DNA of 64,000 bases. It comes from Bacteroidia bacterium. GTDB taxonomy: Bacteria; Bacteroidota; Bacteroidia; B-17B0; Aurantibacillaceae. Positions 28,982 through 38,134 of the stretch are shown in pieces. Position 1 is the first letter of the stretch, and each line of letters starts with the position of its first letter. The position numbers and the translations under genes are program-made. The DNA lies in contig JBDHZB010000006.1 of the NCBI GenBank assembly GCA_039811645.1, forward strand, positions 1,293 through 65,292, written 5' to 3'. The notes below the pieces were generated by a model that searched no databases, was not told where the DNA came from, and saw nothing but the letters and a program-made list of their open reading frames with translations.

Positions 28982-30118
28982 ATGATTTGGCAAAAAATAC
29001 CCGGTTTAGAAACTACAAAAAGCTATTTGATTGAATTACACAAACACAATCAATTACCTCATGCTATTTTATTATCCGGGAAAGAAGGCAGCGCCGTGCT
29101 TCCTATTGCACTTGGCTTTTCTCAATTTCTTTTATGTGATACGCCAAAAGATTTACTGCCTTGCGGCGAATGCAAATCGTGTAAACAAACACAGAATTTA
29201 TTTTATCCCGGGTTTCAAATTATTTTACCAAAATTTTCTACAGCAAAATCCGATGAAGCAGCAAATCAGTTTTTAAAATTATTCTTTGATTTATTTAAAG
29301 AAAATATTTTTATTGGATTTGATGATATATTAAAAGAAACAAAAGACAGAAGCAAACAAGCATTAATTTCTGTGCAAGATATTCACAGAGTAATTGAAAG
29401 CACCGCTTTTACTGCAGAGGAAAATAAATATAAAATTATTATTATTTGGATGCCTGAGTTAATGCCACCTGCATCTGCGAATAAATTACTAAAAACATTA
29501 GAAGAGCCGCCACCTCAAACACTCTTTATTCTTGTGTCTTATAATCCTGAAAAATTATTACCGACTATTATTTCAAGATTACAACAAATTTCTGTGCCAA
29601 ACTTTACAGATGAGCAAGTTAGTGCCTATTTAATAAATCACTTCTCTTTACAAAAAGAAAAAGCAGATGATATCGCATTTATTGCGGAAGGCAATATAAA
29701 TAAAGCAATACAGCTAATAGAAAACATAGATAATTACTACACTCTATTAAATGATTTAAAAGCGTTTATCAGAAATGCCATAAAATTTGATTTTAATGAA
29801 ATAGAAAAATGGATAAAAAATTATGAGGATATCGGCAGAGAAGGATTAAAACGATTTTTTGAATATAGTTTAGGAATGCTGCATAATGCACTTTTATTTA
29901 ATTATCAAGTAATAGAAGTTTCAAAAGTAACAGATGGGGAAAAATCATTTATAGAAAAATTATTGCCCTATGTTAGAAAAGACAATATCTCTACGCTGCA
30001 CGATCTTTTTAATGATGCCTATCATCAGGTAAGCAGGAATGCTAATATGCGTACATTGTTAATAGACTTATTTTTACGTTGTAATGAAATCCTGCCTAAA
30101 AAAGTAACAAATGAGTAA
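28982..30118 (+). CDS. holB: DNA polymerase III delta-prime subunit
   Basis: HAILLSGKEGS, Zn-module-like CGECKSC, ANKLLKTLEEPP and SRLQ sensor motif. Confidence 0.85.
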   Translation: MIWQKIPGLETTKSYLIELHKHNQLPHAILLSGKEGSAVLPIALGFSQFLLCDTPKDLLPCGECKSCKQTQNLFYPGFQIILPKFSTAKSDEAANQFLKLFFDLFKENIFIGFDDILKETKDRSKQALISVQDIHRVIESTAFTAEENKYKIIIIWMPELMPPASANKLLKTLEEPPPQTLFILVSYNPEKLLPTIISRLQQISVPNFTDEQVSAYLINHFSLQKEKADDIAFIAEGNINKAIQLIENIDNYYTLLNDLKAFIRNAIKFDFNEIEKWIKNYEDIGREGLKRFFEYSLGMLHNALLFNYQVIEVSKVTDGEKSFIEKLLPYVRKDNISTLHDLFNDAYHQVSRNANMRTLLIDLFLRCNEILPKKVTNE

Positions 30119-31469
30119 ACCAAAGGTTGTATATTTCTGTCAAAATTGTGGGGCACAATCACTTAAATGGATTGGCAAATGTCCTTCATGCGGAGAATGG
30201 AATACATACGTAGAAGAAGTTGTAACAAAAGACAAAAAGAAAATACCATCTGCAAATATTTCCATTGAAAACTTAAAAGAACTAACTTCAATTCAATCTT
30301 TTGAAAAAGAAAGAGTTGTTACTAAAGATGAAGAATTGAACAGAGTGCTAGGTGGAGGCATTGTTCCCGGTTCATTGATTTTATTTGGCGGAGAGCCCGG
30401 CATTGGAAAATCCACATTGATGCTGCAAACCGCTTTATTAAATAACTTAAAAATACTCTATGTTTCGGGTGAAGAGAGTGAACAACAAATCCTGCTTCGG
30501 GCAAAGCGAATTGGAATGAATAACCCAAAATGCTATGTTCTAAATGAAACGGTTATACAAAATATCTCTCCATATATAGAGCAACTAAAACCAGACTTAA
30601 TAATTATTGATTCTATACAAACCCTTACTTCTAATATTTTAGAAAGTGCCCCGGGCAGTGTATCGCAAGTACGAGAATGTGCATCTGAATTGATGAAAAT
30701 AGCTAAACAAAGTAATATTCCTATTTTTATTGTAGGACACATTACTAAAGATGGTTCTCTTGCCGGTCCAAAAGTCTTAGAACACATGGTTGATACCGTA
30801 TTACAATTTGAAGGAGATCAACATTATTTATATAGAATTTTAAGAACAACCAAAAATAGATTTGGCAGTACAAACGAAATAGGTATTTACGAAATGCTTG
30901 GCTCAGGGTTAAGGCAAGTAAACAATCCATCTGAAATACTTATTAACAACAGAACAGAGCCCATTGCCGGTGTTGCTATTGCTACAATTTTAGAGGGGAA
31001 CAGACCTTTAATGATAGAAACACAAGCATTAGTTACAACAAGTGCTTACGCCACTGCACAACGTTCTGCAACAGGGTTTGATTTAAGAAGACTATCCATG
31101 CTACTTGCTGTTCTAGAAAAAAAATACGGATTAAAATTATATCAAAAAGATGTATTTATAAATATTGCCGGTGGATTAAAAGTAGAAGATCCTGCTACTG
31201 ACCTTGCGTTAGCTGCTGCAATTACTTCAAGCAACTACGATATTGCCATACATCAAAAAACCTGTTTTTGTGCAGAAATTGGATTAACCGGTGAAATAAG
31301 GCCTGTGAATAAAATTGAACAGAGAATCTCTGAAGCTGAAAAGTTAGGATTCGATAGAATTTTTATCTCACACAATAATTTAAAATCTGTTTGGGAAAGA
31401 AATTTTAATATTAAAATTATAGGCGTTCACAAACTGGAAGAAGTATTTACAAAAATTTTTAACTCTTAA
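30111..31469 (+). CDS. radA: DNA repair protein RadA/Sms
   Basis: Zn ribbon CQNCG..CPSCGEW, Walker A GEPGIGKST, KNRFG motif, Lon-like C-terminal domain. Confidence 0.95.
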   Translation: MSKPKVVYFCQNCGAQSLKWIGKCPSCGEWNTYVEEVVTKDKKKIPSANISIENLKELTSIQSFEKERVVTKDEELNRVLGGGIVPGSLILFGGEPGIGKSTLMLQTALLNNLKILYVSGEESEQQILLRAKRIGMNNPKCYVLNETVIQNISPYIEQLKPDLIIIDSIQTLTSNILESAPGSVSQVRECASELMKIAKQSNIPIFIVGHITKDGSLAGPKVLEHMVDTVLQFEGDQHYLYRILRTTKNRFGSTNEIGIYEMLGSGLRQVNNPSEILINNRTEPIAGVAIATILEGNRPLMIETQALVTTSAYATAQRSATGFDLRRLSMLLAVLEKKYGLKLYQKDVFINIAGGLKVEDPATDLALAAAITSSNYDIAIHQKTCFCAEIGLTGEIRPVNKIEQRISEAEKLGFDRIFISHNNLKSVWERNFNIKIIGVHKLEEVFTKIFNS

Positions 31470-32917
31470 TGATTAAGCTGTCATTTATTAAAAATTCATT
31501 ATTATATACCATTGGTAATGCCCTACCCATGGCTGCAAGTATTATCTTATTGCCTTTCTATGCCAATTATTTAGATGCATCTAACTATGTTTCATTAAGT
31601 TTTTATATTGGTATTTCATTACTGTTTCAGATATTTTTTTCTTTTTCCTTTGAACAATATTATGGTGTAATGTATGCCGATATAAAACATGACGGAGCTT
31701 TACTTAAAAGAACAAATGGCTCTATGTTTATTTATCTTTTACTACAAGGCGTTGGCATCATACTACTAATGCTCCTATTTGGAAATTTTATTTTTAATAT
31801 AATCTTTGATAAAAAGATTAACGTTACTTTCTTTCCGTATGGGCTACTATCTATTATTACAGGATTCCTTAATGCCCTATACAGAGTTTCACTTTCTACA
31901 ATGATATATTATGAACGGGCAAAATTATTTTTCACAGCTAATATTGTCAACTTTCTAACAACAATTATTTTTTCAGTAGGCGGAATCTTATTGTTTTTCA
32001 ATTCATTAAATGGTCCTATTTATGGAAGATTATTATCCGGGTTTATGATTGTTGCCTTTAATTATCTAGTTGTAAAAAATGATATTAATTGGAAATTTAC
32101 TCTTATACACGGGAAAGAGTTTGTAAAGAAAAGCTGGCCTCTGTTTACATACGCTGTTTTGATTTGGATAACAGGGAATGCTGACAGATATTTTCTGAAA
32201 AATTTTATTAATATTGATGACTTAGCGGGATATGATTTATTGATGAAGTGCTTTATAGGTATAGAATTTTTACAAAATGGATTATCTATGGCTATTATTT
32301 CCAAAATCTTTAACTATTGGAATAAAGAGAAATCTATTAAAGCTGATGTTATTGCTAACCGTTATTTTAATACATTTATTACGGGAAATATTATTGTTGC
32401 TGTATTATTTTGTTTAGTTATTCCGCCATTTATTAAACTTATAATAAAAGATTCTATTTATCATTCCTCTTTTCAATTTATAGAATTAATTGCAGCGGGC
32501 TATGTTTTAAGAGCTATTAGTTATCCATATTATTTTGCTATTCTTTTCTCCAAGCAAACAAAAAAACTATTATATATATATAGCATTACTACTATTGTTC
32601 AAATTATTGCATCTTACTTTTTTATTAAATATTTCCATTTAATTGGTGCAATATATGTAGGTATTTTTATAAAAATACTAATCGTTCTGTTGTCGCATTT
32701 GTTTAGTAAAGATATTTTTCATCTCAATAATGTAAATAAATGGAAATGGTATGGCATTCCAATATTTTATCTTTTAATTACTTCTATAAGTTTTTTTGTA
32801 TTTCCTGCTAATCTAATTTTAATACTTGTACACAGCGTATTAATTATACTTTTAATACTTTTCGTTTATAAAAACGAATTGGCTTCATTACCAAAACTTA
32901 CTCAAAAAGAGGAATAA
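31469..32917 (+). CDS. Polysaccharide/oligosaccharide flippase (MOP/Wzx-like)
   Basis: 482 aa with ~14 hydrophobic segments. The N-terminal GNALPMAASIILLPFY is typical of the Wzx-like polysaccharide biosynthesis protein family. TAATG overlap with radA. Confidence 0.7.
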   Translation: MIKLSFIKNSLLYTIGNALPMAASIILLPFYANYLDASNYVSLSFYIGISLLFQIFFSFSFEQYYGVMYADIKHDGALLKRTNGSMFIYLLLQGVGIILLMLLFGNFIFNIIFDKKINVTFFPYGLLSIITGFLNALYRVSLSTMIYYERAKLFFTANIVNFLTTIIFSVGGILLFFNSLNGPIYGRLLSGFMIVAFNYLVVKNDINWKFTLIHGKEFVKKSWPLFTYAVLIWITGNADRYFLKNFINIDDLAGYDLLMKCFIGIEFLQNGLSMAIISKIFNYWNKEKSIKADVIANRYFNTFITGNIIVAVLFCLVIPPFIKLIIKDSIYHSSFQFIELIAAGYVLRAISYPYYFAILFSKQTKKLLYIYSITTIVQIIASYFFIKYFHLIGAIYVGIFIKILIVLLSHLFSKDIFHLNNVNKWKWYGIPIFYLLITSISFFVFPANLILILVHSVLIILLILFVYKNELASLPKLTQKEE

Positions 32918-32918
32918 T

Positions 32919-33860
32919 TTAGTCTTTTTCTTTCTTTAATGAAAAGGTGCGCGAAATACAGAAACTGAATTTAATCTGTGCTTTTGCCCATGAATCGGTT
33001 GTAGTTGCTAAAAAATTATTTTCAACAATAGCTGAATTATTTGCAAAAAATAAAGTAAACACGTGCCCACCGGTTTCTATTTCAAAACCAAGTGATAATG
33101 GATTAAATAAATTTGGGTTATTATGATAATATGGATGAAAGTTGTAAAAATAATCAGCAATAAAACACAATCTGTTTGTTATCTTTATTCTACCACCTGC
33201 ACCCAAAATAAAATAGTCGTTCCCGTCATAGGCATTATTATTAGGGTTTTGAGCACTAATAATATAATTACGATGCAACCATGTTGGTAATACTTCTAAA
33301 GATAACCATGACGTAAGTTTACTGGCAACAATTAGTTGTGTTAAATAGTTAAACCGATGTGCTTCATTAGTTGGGAAATTTTTAAAAGCGCCGGTATATA
33401 GCCGAGACACACTCATGGTAGTATAGCCGACACTTTCAAACAATGCGACACTAACGGGTGTTTTAAAATCAGTGGTTTGCTTCAAAAATCTCCACTTACC
33501 TGATAAATCTACTAACTCATTAAATCTACTTCTGCCTAACCCTATTGTTATATCGTTAGTAATACCATATTCTAAAGACATTCTGATATCTGTAGGGTTA
33601 TCCAAACCAAAAGCAGTATGCGCTATTTGATTGGTTGTTAAACTTGAATTGGCAATATTTCCAAAACGATGTAAAATTCTATATTCCAAATGATTTTTCT
33701 TTACAGTTTCTGTGGTTTGTACATTTCCCATTCTATATGTCTTCCATGTAGCAAAAACATATTGTTTTTCTTTTTTATTATCTACAATATTTAATAAATC
33801 TTCTTGAGTATAAAACTTGGAAGCAGTAAGCAATATTATTAGTAAAAATATTTTTTTCAT
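32919..33860 (-). CDS. Predicted outer-membrane beta-barrel protein (possibly DUF5777-like)
   Basis: Signal peptide MKKIFLLIILLTASKFYTQ and alternating amphipathic beta-strand pattern. Third gene of the cytochrome-like/YceI operon. Confidence 0.6.
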   Translation of the reverse strand: MKKIFLLIILLTASKFYTQEDLLNIVDNKKEKQYVFATWKTYRMGNVQTTETVKKNHLEYRILHRFGNIANSSLTTNQIAHTAFGLDNPTDIRMSLEYGITNDITIGLGRSRFNELVDLSGKWRFLKQTTDFKTPVSVALFESVGYTTMSVSRLYTGAFKNFPTNEAHRFNYLTQLIVASKLTSWLSLEVLPTWLHRNYIISAQNPNNNAYDGNDYFILGAGGRIKITNRLCFIADYFYNFHPYYHNNPNLFNPLSLGFEIETGGHVFTLFFANNSAIVENNFLATTTDSWAKAQIKFSFCISRTFSLKKEKD

Positions 33861-33864
33861 AAAT

Positions 33865-34422
33865 CTATTTTTTTACATAAGGTATAAGAGTGCTATTAAA
33901 AGTTACTTTAACCTCTTCAGCAATTTTTTCAACTACAAGTGTTGGTATTTTTATATTATAATCAGCCGGTTTCATTAAAAAAACAGAATAAAAATGCAAC
34001 TCATTTCCAACTTTCTTAATTGTTCCCTCTATTTTTACATCTTTTATTACACCATGTAGTTCCATTTTTCCAACAATTATGGCTTTAGTCTCTTTATTGT
34101 CTTCAAAGATTGTATTTTCTTCTAGCTTACCCTTAAATATGCAATAAGGATATTTATCAGACTCAATATAATTTTCATTAAAATGTTCTTTTAATAAATC
34201 ATTTTTAAACATAAAAGATTGCATAGAAATTCTAATTTGAAAATCTCCTGTACCATTATTAAATACAGGCGTCGCCGTACTGTTTATTCCTTCTATTTTT
34301 TCAAGTGGCGCATCTGAAAAAAAAGTAATCGTTGTGCTTTTATCTTTTCCAATGAAAATACCCTGTGAGTAACTCTTATTAAGAATAAATACAGAAAAAA
34401 ATAACAAACCAAATCTTATCAT
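33865..34422 (-). CDS. YceI-family (polyisoprenoid-binding-like) protein
   Basis: 185 aa with a signal peptide. Has the YceI-like pattern TITFFSDAPLEKIEGIN..MELHGV..V. The call rests on overall resemblance. Confidence 0.65.
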   Translation of the reverse strand: MIRFGLLFFSVFILNKSYSQGIFIGKDKSTTITFFSDAPLEKIEGINSTATPVFNNGTGDFQIRISMQSFMFKNDLLKEHFNENYIESDKYPYCIFKGKLEENTIFEDNKETKAIIVGKMELHGVIKDVKIEGTIKKVGNELHFYSVFLMKPADYNIKIPTLVVEKIAEEVKVTFNSTLIPYVKK

Positions 34423-34440
34423 AAAATTACTTTTAAAGCA

Positions 34441-35079
34441 TTACTGAGGCATATCTTTCCTTACCCATTGTTGGATTTTTGCAATATCACAATTAGACAA
34501 TTTAATATCCGGAGGCATAGCAAAGTATCCCGGTAATGATTGTAGTGCACCGATTAATCTTCCTGATTGTGCGCAATTTTTTGCTGCAGAATATGAATCT
34601 AACATCCATCCACCGCCTGCTCGTGAGGTATTGTGGCAGCCGATACAGTTGTTATCAAAAATAGCTTTAATACTATTGGTGTATGTAATATTAGAAAGAG
34701 AATCACACGGCAATGTGTTGAAGCAAGAAGAATTCATTGCCCCAAACGCAATCCACGATCTAATATATTTTTTATCTAATTTAGTAAGTGCCATATAACC
34801 CTTAGGCGGCATTGAATTGTCATTAATCTTATTATACAGCTCGCTGCTACTTGGGTATTTAGGGGTTACTTTTTCCATTACGGCATTGTATGACGTTACA
34901 TCATAATGGCCTGCCCTATCTATCGAGTTATGACAACCAGGCATCGCACATCTACTAATTAAAATAGGCTGTATTGTTTCTTGATAACACACATTTGGAA
35001 TATATTCATCTTTTCTACAATTTAAAAGTAGTAAAATAATTAGCATACTGCTAAAAACCACAAGTTGCTTCTTTGTCAT
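34441..35079 (-). CDS. Lipoprotein with two cytochrome-c-like modules (CAMPGCH and CIGCH, each followed by an MPP motif)
   Basis: Lipobox LLLNC. Module 1 is C-x4-CH ... SMPP and module 2 is C-x2-CH ... AMPP. The two halves align with each other by eye. Confidence 0.65.
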   Translation of the reverse strand: MTKKQLVVFSSMLIILLLLNCRKDEYIPNVCYQETIQPILISRCAMPGCHNSIDRAGHYDVTSYNAVMEKVTPKYPSSSELYNKINDNSMPPKGYMALTKLDKKYIRSWIAFGAMNSSCFNTLPCDSLSNITYTNSIKAIFDNNCIGCHNTSRAGGGWMLDSYSAAKNCAQSGRLIGALQSLPGYFAMPPDIKLSNCDIAKIQQWVRKDMPQ

Positions 35080-35086
35080 ATTGCAA

Positions 35087-35094
35087 CAAAATTA
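35087..35094 (-). promoter_or_regulatory. -7 promoter box TAATTTTG for the cytochrome-like/YceI/barrel operon
   Basis: Exact TAnnTTTG match on the minus strand, only 7 nt upstream of the ATG at 35079. Confidence 0.45.
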
Positions 35095-35149
35095 CACATT
35101 ATTTATTCTTTGAAAAGATACCTATAATAAAAATCTTTACTTAATTGTA

Positions 35150-36289
35150 TTAATCTACATACAACACCTCTCCTTTTAGGTAATCTCCTTCCGGAAAATA
35201 TGGTAAAACAGGATGGTCTATAGGCAGATACATGTGGTCTATTAGTTTTATGTCTCTCTTTACTTCAAATGCAGCAGATTGGGTGGTACTATGAAATAAT
35301 TGTTTATCAATAACACCGGAACAAGAAAACGTAAACAACAATCCTCCCTTTTTAATTTTATTCATAGCCATAATGTTTAATCGCTTATATGCCTGAACAG
35401 CAGAATGTTTGTGATGCATGCTTTTGGCAAATGCCGGAGGATCTAATACGATAATATCATAAAAATTATCTTTACTGTTTTTCAGGAAATCAAAAATATC
35501 TGAAACATGTGCCTGATGTCTTTCTGAATATTGATTTAGCTTAACGTTTTGATTGCACCACTCTATTGCTTTGGCAGAAATATCTACAGAATCCACATGT
35601 TTAGCGGCACCGGCTAATGCATAAACCGAAAACCCACCGGAATACGAAAAAGTATTCAGAATGGTTTTATTACTACAATATGTTTTTAATTTATTTCTAT
35701 TGTTTTTTTGGTCTAAGAAGAACCCGGTCTTTTGTCCTTCCTTCCAATTAACATAGAAACTCAGTCCATTTTCTTGAATTATTGTATCGTGTGTATCAGA
35801 TGTATCATTTGCCCATTCACTTTTATCATAAAATGATTGATATTTATCTTGCAGCGCATATTGCACCGCAGACTCTATCTCAAATCTATGATGATGAATA
35901 AATTCTGTATGTGCCTGCATTACACAATGCCCATTATAGTTATCAATTATCAAGCCCGGCAAGCCATCTGCCTCTGCAAACACCAAGCGATAGGAATTAG
36001 TATCTGTATTAAAACAATTCATGGCTTTTCTATAATTGTATGCTTTGCCAATTTTATAATTCCAAAACTCTTGGTTAATCTCTACTTCTTTAAATTCAAG
36101 GATTTTTACAGTAATGCTACTATCTTGATAATATCCTGTGGCAAGAATATTTCCTTTAGCATTGCACACATACACAAGTTTGTTATGTAAATCAGCATTT
36201 AAGTTTTTTATAGCTCCTGAAAAAATCCAAGGATGCTTTCTAAGTAAAGCCTGATCTTTTCCTTCTTTTAAATAAACTTTAGGATACAT
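35150..36289 (-). CDS. rlmI: 23S rRNA (cytosine-C5) methyltransferase RlmI-like (PUA + class I SAM MTase)
   Basis: N-terminal VYLKEGKDQALLRKHPWIFSGAI and C-terminal methyltransferase with DIIVLDPPAF. The ATG at 36289 is preferred over the TTG at 36301. Confidence 0.82.
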   Translation of the reverse strand: MYPKVYLKEGKDQALLRKHPWIFSGAIKNLNADLHNKLVYVCNAKGNILATGYYQDSSITVKILEFKEVEINQEFWNYKIGKAYNYRKAMNCFNTDTNSYRLVFAEADGLPGLIIDNYNGHCVMQAHTEFIHHHRFEIESAVQYALQDKYQSFYDKSEWANDTSDTHDTIIQENGLSFYVNWKEGQKTGFFLDQKNNRNKLKTYCSNKTILNTFSYSGGFSVYALAGAAKHVDSVDISAKAIEWCNQNVKLNQYSERHQAHVSDIFDFLKNSKDNFYDIIVLDPPAFAKSMHHKHSAVQAYKRLNIMAMNKIKKGGLLFTFSCSGVIDKQLFHSTTQSAAFEVKRDIKLIDHMYLPIDHPVLPYFPEGDYLKGEVLYVD

Positions 36290-38132
36290 TAGTATTATCA
36301 ATTTTTGATTCTATCTGAATTCTATTTAGGTTATAAAAAAATCCTGATGTATCTTTCATTAAATCATCATATCTACCGTGTTGAACGATGTTTCCTTTTT
36401 GTAGTACAAATATATTATCAACATTACGGATAGTTGATAAACGATGTGCAATAATAATTGATGTTCTGTTTTGCATTAATGTTTCAAGCGCTTCTTGAAC
36501 TTGCTTTTCGCTTTCTGCATCTAAGTTACTGGTCGCTTCATCTAATATCAAAATAGCGGGGTTTCTAAGAATGGCTCGAGCAATAGCGATTCTTTGTCTT
36601 TGTCCGCCGGAAAGCTGAATTCCTCTATCTCCCACTACTGTATCAAATTGTTGCGGAAAGTTCATAATAAACTCGTACGCATTGGCTTTTTTGGCGGCAT
36701 TAGTAATTTCTTCTTTTGTTGCTTCTATATTCCCGTATTTGATATTATCATAAATACTACCTCCAAAAAGCAAAACATCTTGTGGTACAATTGCAATATG
36801 TTTTCTGTAATCAGACAACTGATACTCTGTGTAATTTTTTCCATCAACTATAATTTCTCCGATTAGTGGTTCATAAAATCTAAGAATTAGTTGTGCTGTT
36901 GTACTCTTTCCGCTGCCACTGCTACCGACCAATGCTATTTTTTGTCCAGCTTTAATTTGTAAATTGATACTGTTTAATACTTGAAAATTCTTTCTAATAG
37001 GATATGAGAATGAAACATTTTTAAATTCAATATCTCCTTTTATAGTAGTGTTTATTGGCAAGCATTGTTCTCTTTCTAAAGATATATTTTCTAATGGGTG
37101 GTTCATTAATTGCAACAATCTGTCATTTGCTCCCAATGCTCTTTGAATAGATGCTATTTGTTCCGGCAAGCCGCCAAGCGAGCCTGCTACGAAAATAGAT
37201 AACATCATAAATTTTCCAAATTCTTCCGCAGTAATAATACCTTCATTTTTTAATAACAACATTTTTAATAAAATAAAAAATACCGTACCAAATATAAAGG
37301 AAATAATAAATGCAAAAAATGTACCGCGTAAAATACCATATTTAATCCCTTTAGTTTTAACCTCATTAGTTTTTTTATTATATCTATCTACTTCGTGCCA
37401 CTCATTAGTAAAAGACTTCACATTCAAAATACCGGTAAAAGCTTCTCCAACAATTACATTACTTTCCGCAATTAAATCTTGGAATTGTTTTGAAAAGCCC
37501 CTTATTTTTTTCCCAAATACAATGGTAATTGCAATGAGCACAGGAACCATAAGGATAAACCACTTTGCTACTTCCCATGATGTATAATAAAATAATAAAA
37601 CTATTCCTCCTACGCCTATGATTGTTTGTCTGATAAATTCTGCAATATTAATTGTAAATGCATCTGAAATAACATTGATATCTGTTGCTATTCGGCTGCT
37701 TAATTCTGCAACTTGATTGTTATAAAAAAAATCCATTGGCATTCGTATCAATTTACTAAATGAATCTTTACGTAACCTTTGCAGAATACTTTCTGTTACC
37801 TGTGCAAAAAAATAAACTCTAAAGAATGAAAATACTCCTTGAGAAACAAGTACTATCAGCAAAAGTTTTCCAATTTGGTAAAGACTATCTTTTATTTGTT
37901 CTGCCGATAAATTTGTGGTACCAAAGAAACTTATCATTTTTCCGGATACAAGCGGAAATATCAGCCCAACAGTTGCTGTTCCAAGTAAAAATATCATACC
38001 TGCAACAAATTTCCATTTTTCTTTACCTAAATATCCAAAAAGATAAAAAGATTTTTTTATGTTACTCCACGAAAGTTCTGCCTTTTGGATATCATCTTTA
38101 TTATTGTGCTTAACCCTAGTTGCAGAAGGCAT
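36279..38132 (-). CDS. ABC exporter, fused TMD-NBD (MsbA-like)
   Basis: 6-TM domain, Walker A GSSGSGKST, signature LSGGQRQR, Walker B ILILDEATS. Confidence 0.88.
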   Translation of the reverse strand: MPSATRVKHNNKDDIQKAELSWSNIKKSFYLFGYLGKEKWKFVAGMIFLLGTATVGLIFPLVSGKMISFFGTTNLSAEQIKDSLYQIGKLLLIVLVSQGVFSFFRVYFFAQVTESILQRLRKDSFSKLIRMPMDFFYNNQVAELSSRIATDINVISDAFTINIAEFIRQTIIGVGGIVLLFYYTSWEVAKWFILMVPVLIAITIVFGKKIRGFSKQFQDLIAESNVIVGEAFTGILNVKSFTNEWHEVDRYNKKTNEVKTKGIKYGILRGTFFAFIISFIFGTVFFILLKMLLLKNEGIITAEEFGKFMMLSIFVAGSLGGLPEQIASIQRALGANDRLLQLMNHPLENISLEREQCLPINTTIKGDIEFKNVSFSYPIRKNFQVLNSINLQIKAGQKIALVGSSGSGKSTTAQLILRFYEPLIGEIIVDGKNYTEYQLSDYRKHIAIVPQDVLLFGGSIYDNIKYGNIEATKEEITNAAKKANAYEFIMNFPQQFDTVVGDRGIQLSGGQRQRIAIARAILRNPAILILDEATSNLDAESEKQVQEALETLMQNRTSIIIAHRLSTIRNVDNIFVLQKGNIVQHGRYDDLMKDTSGFFYNLNRIQIESKIDNTNVS

Positions 38133-38134
38133 AG

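Noticed and set aside
35837-38113. Plus-strand ORFs 35837-36190 (117 aa), 36594-36866 and 37826-38113
   Set aside because: They are antisense to the rlmI and ABC exporter genes. Their composition is typical of shadow ORFs in AT-rich DNA.
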